A stretch of 64,000 bases of DNA from assembly GCA_963841735.1 (NCBI GenBank), contig CAWJDT010000001.1, positions 1,248,001-1,312,000 of the forward strand. The letters run 5' to 3'. The notes beneath the pieces were generated by a model. It did no database searches and was not told the DNA's origin. It saw only the letters and a program-made list of their open reading frames with translations. The DNA comes from an uncultured Actinomycetes bacterium (GTDB taxonomy: Bacteria > Actinomycetota > Thermoleophilia > RBG-16-64-13). Of this stretch, positions 50,601 to 61,217 are shown one piece after another; the stretch's first letter is position 1; each line of letters opens with the position of its first letter. A program made the translations under genes and the position numbers.

Positions 50601-53463
50601 TCGTCCTGGTGCGTATCGGTGATCTGAGCCGCATCGACCTGGTGAAGCAGGCCCTACAGGCCCACGCCTACTGGAGGATCAAGGGCCTCGCGGCAGACCT
50701 GCTGATCTTGAACGAGGACTTCTCGGGCTACCGGGCAGTCCTTCACGACGAGATCATGGGCCTCATCAACGCGGGACCCGAAGCAGTGGTAGTCGACAAG
50801 CCCGGCGGCGTCTTTGTACGGCGCGCCGAAGATCTGTCCGAAGAGGATCGGGTGCTGTTCCAGACTGTCGCCCGCGTGGTGCTCGCCGACACGTGCGAGA
50901 CTCTCACCGAGCAGGTGCAGCGGCGCGTGCCGTCCGAGCGCCTGCCGGTAGCCTTGGAGGCAACGCGGCAGGCGCCCGTAGAAGCTGTCGAGGCTCTGTC
51001 GGAGCGGGAAAGCGTCTTTCACAACGGCCTTGGCGGCTTCACGAACGACGGTCGCGAATACGTCATCAGCTTGGAGCCAGGACAGAGCACGCCTGCTCCA
51101 TGGGCGAACGTGATCGCGAGTCCCCACATGGGCACGGTTGTCAGCGAGAGCGGGAGTGCCTACACATGGGTGGAGAACGCTCACGAGTTCCGCTTGACCA
51201 CCTTCCACAACGATCCCGTGAGCGACACTAGCGGGGAGGCGTTCTATATCAGGGATGAGGAGACAGGCGCCTATTGGTCGCCCACTCCGCTCCCCGCTCG
51301 GGGCCACTCGGGGTACGAGTGCCGGCACGGATTCGGCTACAGCGTTTTCGAGCACACAGAAGCGGGTCTCTTCTCTGAGATGACCACCTACGTCGCTATG
51401 GACGCCCCGGTGAAGTTCGTTGTGATGAAGCTGCGCAACCGCTCGGGCCGCGTTCGCCGTGCTGTCGGTCACCGGATACTGGGAGCTGGTGATGGGCGAG
51501 TGGCGGCACGCCAATCTCATGCACGTGGTCACCGAGAAGGATGCCGACAGCGGCGCTCTGTACGCTCGCAATGCCTACGCGCGCCAGCGGGCCAACCGAG
51601 TGTTCTTCGCGCAGGCGAGCGAAGGCAGGCGGACTGCCACAGGGAACCGTACCGAGTTCATCGGTCGCAACGGTTCCTTGGCGGAACCGGTGGCCATGCA
51701 GCGCGGGCGGTTGTCGGGCAAGACGGGCGCCGGGCTCGATCCGTGCGCGGCCATTATGACCCAGTTCGAGCTGGCCGACGGGCAAGAGCGAGAGATCGTC
51801 TTCGTGATGGGAGCGGCCGACAGCAAGACCGAAGCCCAGACAGCTGGTGCAACGTTATGCGGGCCCCGCCGCCGCCCGCCAGGCGCTGGAGGCGGTGTGG
51901 GCTCACTGGAATCATGCCCTGGGGGCGGTGTATCTGGAGACTCCAGATAACGCTCTGAACGTGCTCGCCAACGGATGGTTGCTCTACCAGACCCTCTCCT
52001 GCCGGGTCTGGGGGCGCAGCGGCTACTATCAGTCGGGCGGGGCTTACGGCTTTCGCGACCAGTTGCAGGACACTATGGCCCTCGTCCACACGACACCGTG
52101 GATCGCTCGCGAGCACCTGCTCCGTTTCGCGGAGCGCCAGTTCCGGGAGGGTGACGTGCAGCACTGGTGGCATCCACCCGAGGGGCAAGGAGTGCGTACG
52201 CATTCTTCGGATGACTACCTGTGGTTGCCCTACGCGACCTGCCGTTACGTACTGGCAACGGGCGACACAGGGGTGCTTGACGAACCCGTGTCCTTTCTCG
52301 AGGGGCGAGTATTGGCTCCGGGCCAAGAAGCCTACTACGATCTGCCCCAGCGCTCAGCCGACGTCGCGAGCCTGTATGAGCACTGCGTGCGCGCACTCAA
52401 GCAGGGTCTGCATTTCGGTCGTCACGGACTGCCGCTCATGGGCACCGGCGACTGGAACGACGGCATGAACCTGGTTGGTCGTGAGGGCAAGGGGGAGAGC
52501 GTGTGGCTTGCCTGGTTCCTCTGCGACAACCTGCGCTTGTTCGGGGAGCTGGCCCAGCGCCGAGGAGACGATGAGGTTGCCCGCTTGTGCACGGGGCAGA
52601 CGGAGGAACTCGGAGCCAACATCGAGGCGCACGCCTGGGACGGTGACTGGTATCGCCGGGCTTACTTTGACGATGGAACGCCTTTGGGTTCTTCGGTCAA
52701 CGAAGAGTGCCGCATAGACTCCATCAGCCAGAGCTGGGCCGTGATATCCGGAGCCGGTGACCCGGCGCGCGCCCGCCAGGCCATGGCGGCTGTGGATCGG
52801 CTTTTGGTCAAGCCCGAGGCGGGTCTCATCAAGCTGCTCGATCCGCCCTTCGACACGTCTTCACTGGAACCCGGCTACATCAAGGGCTACGTGCCCGGTG
52901 TGCGCGAGAACGGGGGCCAGTACACTCATGCCGCCATCTGGGCCGTGATGGCGTTCGCCAAGATAGGCGACGTGGAGCATGCCTGGGAGTTGTTCTCGAT
53001 GCTGAGTCCCATCAATCACGGGGATCAGCCCGACAAGATCGGACTGTATAAGGTAGAGCCCTACGTCATGAGCGCCGACGTCTACGCCAATCCACCGCAC
53101 ACCGGTCGGGGAGGTTGGACCTGGTACACGGGAGCGGCGGGCTGGATGTACCGGCTGGCCGTGGAAACGCTCCTGGGTATCCACCTGGAAGTGGACAAGC
53201 TGCGGCTGGCCCCGCTGATGCCGAAGGACTGGGCATCTTTCAAGGTCCACTACCGGTACCGCGAGACCTTCTATCACATCACCATCGAACGGACGGCGGG
53301 GAGCGCCGGCGCTCTCAAGAAGAAGAAAGCGCAACTTGAGGAGGAGCGGGTGAGGCGTGTGACGATGGATGGCGTGGATCTCGACCAGACCGGGTCCCTT
53401 CAAGGTACCATCCCTCTGGTGGACGACCGGCGCGACCACTACGTCGAGGTGAAACTAGGCTAG
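44665..53463 (+). CDS. ndvB: Cyclic beta-1,2-glucan synthase (Cgs/NdvB; GT84 + glucoamylase-like + GH94), broken by three +1 frameshifts (~48440, ~51460, ~51840)
   Basis: [92 protein letters not shown] across ORFs 44734-48660, 48425-51958, 51459-51950, 51847-53463; start codon uncertain. Confidence 0.9.
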
Positions 53464-53523
53464 GTCAAACTGGGCCAGGCGCCGTGCCGCGGGGGCTCAG
53501 CGAAACGGCAGGGGGAGAGCAAG

Positions 53524-54124
53524 GTGGAGGGAGAAGCGAAGGCCTGGGAGCTTCTGGCGGCTTCTGAGCCACGGGATGTGTGCAATCGCGCTGTGGCCAC
53601 CTACTCGGAGGGTGAAGGCTACACGGTTGGGGTCTTCGGTTCCCCGGTGGTGGTCGACCCGATAGCGCGCACGATCACCGGATCGTCTTCCGAGTCGGAG
53701 TTCGTTCTTACTAAAACCGCGTATTTCTCCCGCCTTTCGATTCTGCACTACCTGTTGGGCGCGCGGCCGCTTGAGCCGACCGGACGCCTCGTCAACCCCC
53801 CTGGAGCTGAGTAGTGGCCAGTTCTTCAGCGGAGGTTCGCACGAGCTGCCCTTGGACAAGATCGCGGCTCGTTTCTGCGCCGATCGCGAGGGCTTCAAAC
53901 GGGTGGCCCTCCGCTTTGGCGGGCGGCAGGTCGCTTATGGCGACGTGGCCATGGAGCTCCTTCCCTTGCCGCGCGTGCCGGTGACGGTGGTCTTTTGGCG
54001 CGAGGACGAGGAATTCCCGGCTCGTACCTACCTGCTCTTCGACCACACCTGCGAACAGCATCTGCCGGCAGATATTCTCTGGTCGGTGGCCATGATGTGC
54101 GCGCTGGTCATGTTGAAGGGATAG
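53524..54124 (+). CDS. DUF3786-family protein (frameshift in C6 run ~53796)
   Basis: LSILHYLL + ELSSGQFF..H, LPLPRVPV...WREDEEFPA...LLFD...HLPADIL. Confidence 0.8.
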
Positions 54125-54179
54125 ACCCGCGTGGGGTAGCCGCCCCGCGCGTAGGGCAAACCAGGAGTGGCGCATGCTA

Positions 54180-54201
54180 AACTACCGGTCAACCAGTAGT
54201 T
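54180..54201. promoter_or_regulatory. Palindromic operator upstream of the Mo-enzyme operon
   Basis: AACTACCGG-TCAA-CCAGTAGTT (8/9 arms) adjacent to a TATAAG -10-like box. Confidence 0.55.
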
Positions 54202-54217
54202 AGTATAAGCTTGAGTC

Positions 54218-55129
54218 ATGCCGAGGGGCCCCATGAAGAGACCACATCTAGTCGTCGACGTAGCTCTGTGCCAGGGCTGCAACAATTGCCTGTTGTCCTG
54301 CAAAGACGAGCATGTTGGCAACGATTGGCCCGGCTACGCCCGGCCGCAGTCACGGCACGGTGAGGGCTGGATATCCCTGCCCTGCAACGAGCGGGGTCAG
54401 TATCCTCTTGTGGACGTGGCCTACCGGCCCACCCTCTGCACCCACTGCACGGATGCGCCCTGCGTGCAACGGTCGGGAGGAGCCATCGCAAAGCGTCCCG
54501 ACGGCATCGTCCTCATCGATCCGGTGAAGGCCGCCGGCCGGCGCGAGCTGGTGGATGCTTGTCCTTACGGCATGATCACTTGGGGGGAGGAGAGCGGCGT
54601 CCCCCAGAAATGCACGCTCTGCGCTCATCTTCTCGATGAGGGGTGGACCAAACCCCGCTGTGTTCAGGCGTGCAGCACAGGGGCCCTCACATTTTCGTGC
54701 GACGACGAGGTCGCATTTGCGGCCCGGGCCGCGGCCGAAGGCCTGGAGACGCTTCATCCCGGGAGACGCGAGTCCGCGACCGTGAGCTACAAGAACCTGC
54801 GCCGCTTCGCCTCCTGCTTTATCGCGGGGAGCTTGGCGGTCGAGCGGATGGGCGTGGTCGATTGCGCCGCCGGCGCGGCGGTGACGTTGCGCAAGTCCCC
54901 CGCTGTGAACGTGGAACCCGCCGGCGCCCAGCGCACGGGCGACGTCGACGAGAGCCTGCGGACCACACAGACCGACGCCTTCGGCGACTTCAAGTTCGAC
55001 GGGCTGGAGCCCGATTCCGGCGAGTACGTGGTCGAGGTGGCCCTCGACGGCCATAGTCCGGGGCGGGTCGTCGCGAGTCTTGGCCGGAGCGTCAGTCTAG
55101 GCATGATCATGCTGGGCGGTGAGCTCTAA
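54218..55129 (+). CDS. Transhydroxylase-type small subunit (3x[4Fe-4S] + C-terminal beta-sandwich), BthL-like
   Basis: CQGCNNCLLSCKDEH, CTHCTDAPC, LVDACPYG, KCTLCAH..PRCVQAC, TDAFGDFKFDGL. Confidence 0.88.
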   Translation: MPRGPMKRPHLVVDVALCQGCNNCLLSCKDEHVGNDWPGYARPQSRHGEGWISLPCNERGQYPLVDVAYRPTLCTHCTDAPCVQRSGGAIAKRPDGIVLIDPVKAAGRRELVDACPYGMITWGEESGVPQKCTLCAHLLDEGWTKPRCVQACSTGALTFSCDDEVAFAARAAAEGLETLHPGRRESATVSYKNLRRFASCFIAGSLAVERMGVVDCAAGAAVTLRKSPAVNVEPAGAQRTGDVDESLRTTQTDAFGDFKFDGLEPDSGEYVVEVALDGHSPGRVVASLGRSVSLGMIMLGGEL

Positions 55130-58095
55130 TGTCTGCCGGCGCGATTGACAAGGCACGCTTCGCCGTCACCACCTGGGGCATGGCCCAACTCATGCGGGTG
55201 CAGGCCTTCAGGTATGCCGAAGTGAGAGAGTGGCTGGGCCGGGAGAATCTGGTGGCTCAGGTCAAGATCAGGGACGATTCTCAAGGGCGCTACTACGTGT
55301 TTCATAGCGGCAAAGTCACGTCCCGGCGAGGACTCCATCCCAAACCGGATGTGCTCATGTCGTTCCAGGACGCAGCGATCGCTGCCCGCATCCTCCGGCC
55401 CAACCGCGACCAACTGGAGTTCTTGAGCGCGGCTAAGACCTTCCAGTTGGAGGTATCGGGCGCCGATCACCTGGTCACTTGGTTCACCACCACGCTCACC
55501 AAGATGCTCTCCGCCGGCAACGAGTACGGGGTCAAGATGCGCGACGGCTCCGTCCGCTACACCAACAACTCCAATGGCGGTCCCGTCTTTGTCTACGTGA
55601 AAGACGGCAAGATCGTCCGGATCACACCGATAGAGTTCGACGACACCGACGCTAAGCCGTGGATTATCCGCGCCCGGGGCAGGGAGTTCTCACCCCCGCA
55701 CAAGACCACCGTAAGTCCGCACACGCTGGCCTGGAAGTCACTCATCTACTCAGCCGACCGGCTGCTCTATCCCATGAAGAGGGTGGATTTCGACCCTAAC
55801 GGCGAGCGGAACCCCCAAAATCGCGGCATCTCCGGCTACGAGCGCATCAGTTGGGAAGAGGCTCTGAACATCGTCACCGACGAGATCAAGCGGGTCAAGC
55901 GCGACCACGGTCCCGGGGCCATCATGAACGGCAGCGGCTCGCACCAGAACTGGGGGGCAATAGGCTACTGGCTCTCGGCCCGCATCCGCTTCTTCAACTC
56001 CATAGGCTGGACCACCATCGCTCACAACCCCGACAGCTGGGAGGGTTGGTACTGGGGGGCCATGCATCACTGGGGTCACAGCACTCGTCTGGGCGGCGCC
56101 GAGACTTTCAGCACCGTGGAGGATTGCCTTAAGAACGCTGAGATGATCGTTTTCTGGTCGAGCGACCCCGAGGCCACCAGTGGCGTGTACGGCGCGCAGG
56201 AGGGGACCGTGCGTCGCAAGTGGCTAAAGGAACTTGGTATCCCCATGGTGCACATCGATCCCTTCTTCAACCACACCGCCGGCTGGATGGGCGGCAAGTG
56301 GCTGGCACCGCGCCCCGGCACTGACAGTGCCTTGGTGCTGGCCATCGCCTACGTGTGGATGACCGAGAACCTCTACGACAAGAAGTACGTGTACGACCGG
56401 ACGACGGGCTTCGACAAGTGGAAGGCTTACGTGCTCGGCCAGGAGGACGGCATTGCCAAGACGCCCGAGTGGCAGGAAGCCGAGACCGGCGTGCCGGCCA
56501 AGGACGTGCGGGCGCTGGCCCGTGAGTGGGGTAGCAAGAAGACCTACCTGGCACCGGGTGGCTACGTCGGCTTTGGCGGCGCCTGCCGGACCGCGACCGG
56601 GACCGACTGGGCGCGGGGCATGGTGTATCTCATGGCCATGCAGGGCTTGGGCAAGCCGGGCATCAACATGGGCTGTCTGCAGCAAGGGGCTCCGCTCGAC
56701 ACGCGCTTCTACTTCCCCGGTTATGCCGAGGGAGGCATGTCGGGCGATCTTGATGCCACCGGTCTTTCGCTGCACATGTACCAGCGGATGCCCCAACTGG
56801 TCAGCATGAACTCCGTGAAGCAGTCGGTGCCGCGTCTCAACATCCCCGAAGCCATCATGGACGGACACGCCGAGGCCTACGTGAACGACGGCAAGACCAT
56901 CGAGGCTCAGTTCGGCAAGTTCAGCTACCCGTCGCCCGGTCACTCGCCGGTGAAGATGTACTACAAGTACGGCGGGTCGCACATAGGCACCATGGTCGAT
57001 ACCAATCGCTACGCGCGCATGTACGCCTCAGAGAATCTTGAGTTTGTGGTGAACCAGTCCATCTGGATGGAGGGTGAGGCCAAGTTCGCCGACGTCATCC
57101 TGCCGGCCTGCACCAACTTCGAGCGCTGGGACATCGGCGAGTTCGCCAACCCGGGGGGATATGCGGAGCACGCCTTCACTCAGTGCAACTACCGGGTGGC
57201 GGTGATGCAGCACAAGTGCATCGAGCCTCTGGGTGAATCGAAGTCGGACTTTCAGATCTTCCTTGAACTGGCCGAACGGCTGGGGCTGGGCAACGCCTTC
57301 TCGGAAGGCAGCAGCGAGATGGAATGGTGTCGCCGGCTCTTCGAGGCGACGGATCTACCCCGGGTGACCTCTTGGAAGAAGTTCCTGCGCAAGGGCTACT
57401 ACGTGGTGCCGCCGCTGCCCGAAGGGCAGCGCGATCCGGTCTCGTATAACTGGTTCGCCGAGGACCGGCTCAAAGACGTGCCCGAGCTCAGCCCGCTTCC
57501 CGGTGACTACACCGAGGAGTGGAGGCGCGGTCTGCAGACCCAGACAGGCAGGATCGAGTTTGAGTCGTCGAGCTTGAAGCGCTTCGATCCTGACGACCCG
57601 GAGCGTCCTCCGGTGATGACCTACCGGGAATCGTGGGAGGGTCCGCACACGACTGAGTTGTTCGAGAAGTACCCGCTGCAACTGATCACGCCGCACCCGC
57701 GATTCTCGTTTCACACTCACCACGACGGTAAAGACGGGGCCTTGAATGATATCGATGACCATAGGGTGCTAGTCGATGGCCACTACTACTGGATAGCCCG
57801 CATCAATCCGGCCGACGCCGCGGCACGCGGCGTCGGCGAGCATGATCTGGTGCGGCTGCACAACGACAGGGGCGCAGTCATCTGCGCGGCGCACGTCACC
57901 GAGCGCATCCGCCCGGGACTGGTGCACTCCTACGAGTCTTCGGCGGTCTACGACCCTGCCGGCACACCCGGCGCGTCGGACGATCACGGGGGTTGCGTGA
58001 ACATCCTTACGCCCAGCCGCATGCAGATACGCAGATCGCACGCCACCGCTGCAAACTCCTGCTTGGTGCAGGTGGATAAGTATGCCGGCGGCTGA
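55129..58095 (+). CDS. Molybdopterin oxidoreductase, pyrogallol transhydroxylase / resorcinol hydroxylase-like large subunit with extra N-terminal domain
   Basis: GGPVFVYVKDGKI, HNPDSWEGWYWG (Ser Mo ligand), MIVFWSSDPE, FPGYAEGG, PHPRFSFH, HSYES; about 135-aa N-terminal extension. Confidence 0.9.
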   Translation: MSAGAIDKARFAVTTWGMAQLMRVQAFRYAEVREWLGRENLVAQVKIRDDSQGRYYVFHSGKVTSRRGLHPKPDVLMSFQDAAIAARILRPNRDQLEFLSAAKTFQLEVSGADHLVTWFTTTLTKMLSAGNEYGVKMRDGSVRYTNNSNGGPVFVYVKDGKIVRITPIEFDDTDAKPWIIRARGREFSPPHKTTVSPHTLAWKSLIYSADRLLYPMKRVDFDPNGERNPQNRGISGYERISWEEALNIVTDEIKRVKRDHGPGAIMNGSGSHQNWGAIGYWLSARIRFFNSIGWTTIAHNPDSWEGWYWGAMHHWGHSTRLGGAETFSTVEDCLKNAEMIVFWSSDPEATSGVYGAQEGTVRRKWLKELGIPMVHIDPFFNHTAGWMGGKWLAPRPGTDSALVLAIAYVWMTENLYDKKYVYDRTTGFDKWKAYVLGQEDGIAKTPEWQEAETGVPAKDVRALAREWGSKKTYLAPGGYVGFGGACRTATGTDWARGMVYLMAMQGLGKPGINMGCLQQGAPLDTRFYFPGYAEGGMSGDLDATGLSLHMYQRMPQLVSMNSVKQSVPRLNIPEAIMDGHAEAYVNDGKTIEAQFGKFSYPSPGHSPVKMYYKYGGSHIGTMVDTNRYARMYASENLEFVVNQSIWMEGEAKFADVILPACTNFERWDIGEFANPGGYAEHAFTQCNYRVAVMQHKCIEPLGESKSDFQIFLELAERLGLGNAFSEGSSEMEWCRRLFEATDLPRVTSWKKFLRKGYYVVPPLPEGQRDPVSYNWFAEDRLKDVPELSPLPGDYTEEWRRGLQTQTGRIEFESSSLKRFDPDDPERPPVMTYRESWEGPHTTELFEKYPLQLITPHPRFSFHTHHDGKDGALNDIDDHRVLVDGHYYWIARINPADAAARGVGEHDLVRLHNDRGAVICAAHVTERIRPGLVHSYESSAVYDPAGTPGASDDHGGCVNILTPSRMQIRRSHATAANSCLVQVDKYAGG

Positions 58096-58243
58096 GAGCC
58101 GACCCGCCGCCGGCGCCCGCCCCGAGGGCCGGGCGCCGCGAAGCCTGCCCTGTAGGAGCGCGGATTCCGAGCGCCCACGCCGAGGCTGTGCTAACGTTCC
58201 CTCGCTACAGAGCCACTGCGACCAGCGTCAGGCGGTCGGTTCT

Positions 58244-58651
58244 ATGATGCGCATGTCCACCAAGGGGCATCACGCGATAAGGATAATGGTGTTCCTGGCT
58301 GCCTCGCCGGGCCATCCCATCTCCAAACTGGAGATCGGGGCGTCGGAGAACATCTCGCCGGGGTACATCCAGCAGTTGATGGGCAGACTCGCCAGTGCCG
58401 GACTCGTGCAGAGCCACCGGGGCAAAGAGGGCGGCTTCTCGCTTGCTCAGCCGGCCGAGAGGATCACGGTGCAGCAGGTGTTGCAGGCGACGGAAGGGCC
58501 GTTCGAGCTCTCGGCCTGTGTCGCTCATCCAGAGATCTGCACTCGCACCGATACCTGTCCGGCCAACCCGCTCTGGAGCAAGGTCACCGCACTGGTGGAC
58601 GATCTGTTCGACCATACCACCATCGCCGATCTCGCTCGGCCGCCCGTCTGA
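58244..58651 (+). CDS. Rrf2-family transcriptional regulator
   Basis: MSTKGHHAIRIM, GLVQSHRGKEGGFSL, three Cys (C-x6-C-x5-C). Confidence 0.92.
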   Translation: MMRMSTKGHHAIRIMVFLAASPGHPISKLEIGASENISPGYIQQLMGRLASAGLVQSHRGKEGGFSLAQPAERITVQQVLQATEGPFELSACVAHPEICTRTDTCPANPLWSKVTALVDDLFDHTTIADLARPPV

Positions 58652-58666
58652 GGGTTACGTTGTCGC

Positions 58667-59275
58667 TCAGCCCGAGAACGGGTTTCGCGGCCAGGTGAAG
58701 TGCGGGACCCGGGTGACGCCGTAGTTGGAGGGCAGCACTCCGGTGGGACAGATCTTGAAGCACTCGCCACACTGTGCGCACTCCTTGGCGGCTATCTCTG
58801 GCTGGAACATGACCTGCCGCTCCACACCCCTGCCGACGAAACCGATGGCGTCCTTCTTCTTCACCTCGGCACAGTAGCGGACGCAGAGGCCGCAAAGGAT
58901 GCAGAAGTTGGCCTCCACAGGGAATCTGTCGACGTCGATCCCGTACTTGACCCCATACTCTCGGAGCTTCTCGACTCCCGGGGAGCGGGCAAGCAGCATC
59001 TCCAGGATAAGCCTGCGTCCCTTGCCTACGCGCTCCGACTCGGTCTGCACCTCTAGGCCTTCCTCCACCGGGTAGACGCACGAGATCACCAGCCGGGAAC
59101 GCCCTGCCTTGGCTATCTCCACGGTGCAGAGGCGGCAGACGCCTGCCGGCGTCAGCTCGGGGAGGTGGCACAGAGTGGGTATCTCGATGCCCACGTTGCG
59201 CGCCGCCTCGAGGATGGTCGTGCCTTCAGCGGCCGTGACCTTCTGGCCGTTGATGGTCAAGCTGACGTCACTCAT
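58667..59275 (-). CDS. Short NuoG/HydA-N-like Fe-S subunit (BamI-like)
   Basis: IPTLCH..GVCRLCTVE..SC [2Fe-2S]; CILCGLCVRYC and CAQCGECFKICP; no catalytic domain. Confidence 0.85.
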   Translation of the reverse strand: MSDVSLTINGQKVTAAEGTTILEAARNVGIEIPTLCHLPELTPAGVCRLCTVEIAKAGRSRLVISCVYPVEEGLEVQTESERVGKGRRLILEMLLARSPGVEKLREYGVKYGIDVDRFPVEANFCILCGLCVRYCAEVKKKDAIGFVGRGVERQVMFQPEIAAKECAQCGECFKICPTGVLPSNYGVTRVPHFTWPRNPFSG

Positions 59276-61196
59276 CGCCACTCCCTCGCTTCCCCTCGAC
59301 AGGCGTGCCGGCCGCTACAGGTTCGGGCACTGGTACGCCGGATAGTTTCTCAACCGCCCCGTAGCGCGCCGGGCAGACCTCGATGCAGGCGCCGCACTTG
59401 GTGCACTTGGCTTGGTCGATGACGTGTACGGTGTTTCTGGTGCCGGCGATGGCTTCCACCGGGCAGTTCTTGAGGCATAACATGCAACCTCGGCACTTAC
59501 CGGGGTCGATGTAGTATGCGATGAGCGCCTTGCACACGCCGCCTGGACAGCGCTTGTCGACGATGTGGGCCTGGTATTCGTCGGCGAAGTGGCGGATGGT
59601 GCTGAGCACCGGATTGGGAGCCGTTCCCCCAAGCGCGCAAAGCGAGAAGTCACCGACAACCTGGGCGATCTCCTCGAGTGTCTGGACGTCGCCGTCGCGG
59701 CCCTTGCCTTCGCAGATGCGGTCGAGCACGGCCAGCATCTGGTGGATGCCCTCGCGGCAGGGGACGCACTTGCCGCACGATTCCTCGGCCAAAAAGTTCA
59801 TGTAATACCGGGCGGTGTCGACCATGCAGGTGGCGTCGTCCATGACGATCATGCCACCCGAGCCCATCATGGAGCCGGCCTTGTCCAACTCGTCGAAGTC
59901 CACCGGCAGGTCCAGGTGATCCTCGGGGATCACTCCTCCTGAGGGGCCTCCCGTCTGGAGGGCTTTGAACTTGCGGCCCTCGGGGACGCCTCCGCCGATG
60001 TCGAACACCATCTCGCGCAGGGTGGTGCCCATGGGCACTTCCACCAGGCCGGTGTTGTTCACCTTGCCCACCAGGGAGAAGATCTTGGTGCCCTTGCTGT
60101 TCTCGGTGCCGATGCTCTTGAACCACTCGGCGCCCTTGGTGATGATCAGCGGCACGGTGGCCCAAGTCTCGACGTTGTTCAGATTGGTCGGACGACCCCA
60201 GATGCCGCTGACGGCTGTGCGCACGTACTTGGGTCTGGGCTCGCCCACCGAGCCTTCGATGGCCGTCATGAGCGCGCTGGATTCCCCGCTGACAAATGCT
60301 CCTGCCCCGCGATGCACCTTCACCTCGAAGGCGAAGCCCGAGCCCAGCACGTTGTCGCCCAACAAGCCGTACTCGCGCGCCTGCCCCAGCGCCACCGCCA
60401 AGTTCGCCACCGCCAACGGGTACTCTTGCCGCACGTAGACAAAGCCTTCGTGGGCGCCGATGGCGTAAGCGCCTATGAGCAACCCCTCGAGCACCTGGTG
60501 CGGATTGCCCTCCAGCAAGCTCCTGTCCATGTACGCTCCCGGGTCGCCCTCATCGGCGTTCACGGCCACGTACTTGACATCACCCGGCGCATCCTTGGTC
60601 GTCTGCCATTTGATGCCGGTGCGGAAGCCTCCACCGCCGCGTCCCCGTAGGTCGGACGCCTTGATCTCGTCCGCTATCGCCTGGGGCGACATCTCAAAGA
60701 GCGCTTTGGCGAGCGCCCCGTAGCCGCCCTGTAGGATGTAGCTGTCGATGTCCGTTGGGCTGATGAGGTGGTTGAGGCCGAAGACCAGGGGCATCTGGTG
60801 GGTGTAGAAGGGGATGTCTTCCTTGCGAGCGACCTTCTGCCCGCCGGCGGTCTCGTAGAGCAGCCGGTCGACCACCTGGCCCTTCACCAGCGTTTGCTCG
60901 ACGATCTCGGCCGCATCCTCCGGCTTGACCTGTAGGTAGGTGATCTCAAGGGGTAGCAGGCTGACGATGGTGCCCCTTTCGCAGAAGCCCTGGCAGCCGG
61001 TGCGGAGTATGTCCACCTTGTCGTTGAGTCCGGCTCTGAGGAGTCCCTCTTGGAAGGCCTGGAACACCCTGTCGCTGCGGGCGGCATGGCAGCCCGTGCC
61101 TGAGCAGATGGTGACGCAGGGTCTGTCGGTGTCATGGGTGGCCAGCAACCGGCTTCTGTAGCTCTGAAGATCGGCAGCTGATTCAAATCTAGGCAT
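59268..61196 (-). CDS. NuoF/HydB-like FMN/NAD-binding subunit (BamH-like)
   Basis: Thioredoxin-like 2Fe-2S, LRGRGGGGF, NADEGDPG, GGPSGG, ESCGKCVPCREG, C-terminal 2x[4Fe-4S]. Confidence 0.93.
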   Translation of the reverse strand: MPRFESAADLQSYRSRLLATHDTDRPCVTICSGTGCHAARSDRVFQAFQEGLLRAGLNDKVDILRTGCQGFCERGTIVSLLPLEITYLQVKPEDAAEIVEQTLVKGQVVDRLLYETAGGQKVARKEDIPFYTHQMPLVFGLNHLISPTDIDSYILQGGYGALAKALFEMSPQAIADEIKASDLRGRGGGGFRTGIKWQTTKDAPGDVKYVAVNADEGDPGAYMDRSLLEGNPHQVLEGLLIGAYAIGAHEGFVYVRQEYPLAVANLAVALGQAREYGLLGDNVLGSGFAFEVKVHRGAGAFVSGESSALMTAIEGSVGEPRPKYVRTAVSGIWGRPTNLNNVETWATVPLIITKGAEWFKSIGTENSKGTKIFSLVGKVNNTGLVEVPMGTTLREMVFDIGGGVPEGRKFKALQTGGPSGGVIPEDHLDLPVDFDELDKAGSMMGSGGMIVMDDATCMVDTARYYMNFLAEESCGKCVPCREGIHQMLAVLDRICEGKGRDGDVQTLEEIAQVVGDFSLCALGGTAPNPVLSTIRHFADEYQAHIVDKRCPGGVCKALIAYYIDPGKCRGCMLCLKNCPVEAIAGTRNTVHVIDQAKCTKCGACIEVCPARYGAVEKLSGVPVPEPVAAGTPVEGKRGSGDE

Positions 61197-61217
61197 TCTA
61201 GTTCCTCCCCGCGGTCA

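Noticed and set aside
48425-51950. Programmed frameshifting or a naturally split cgs
   Set aside because: No slippery motifs or RBS-bearing restarts; same +1 pattern appears in unrelated genes
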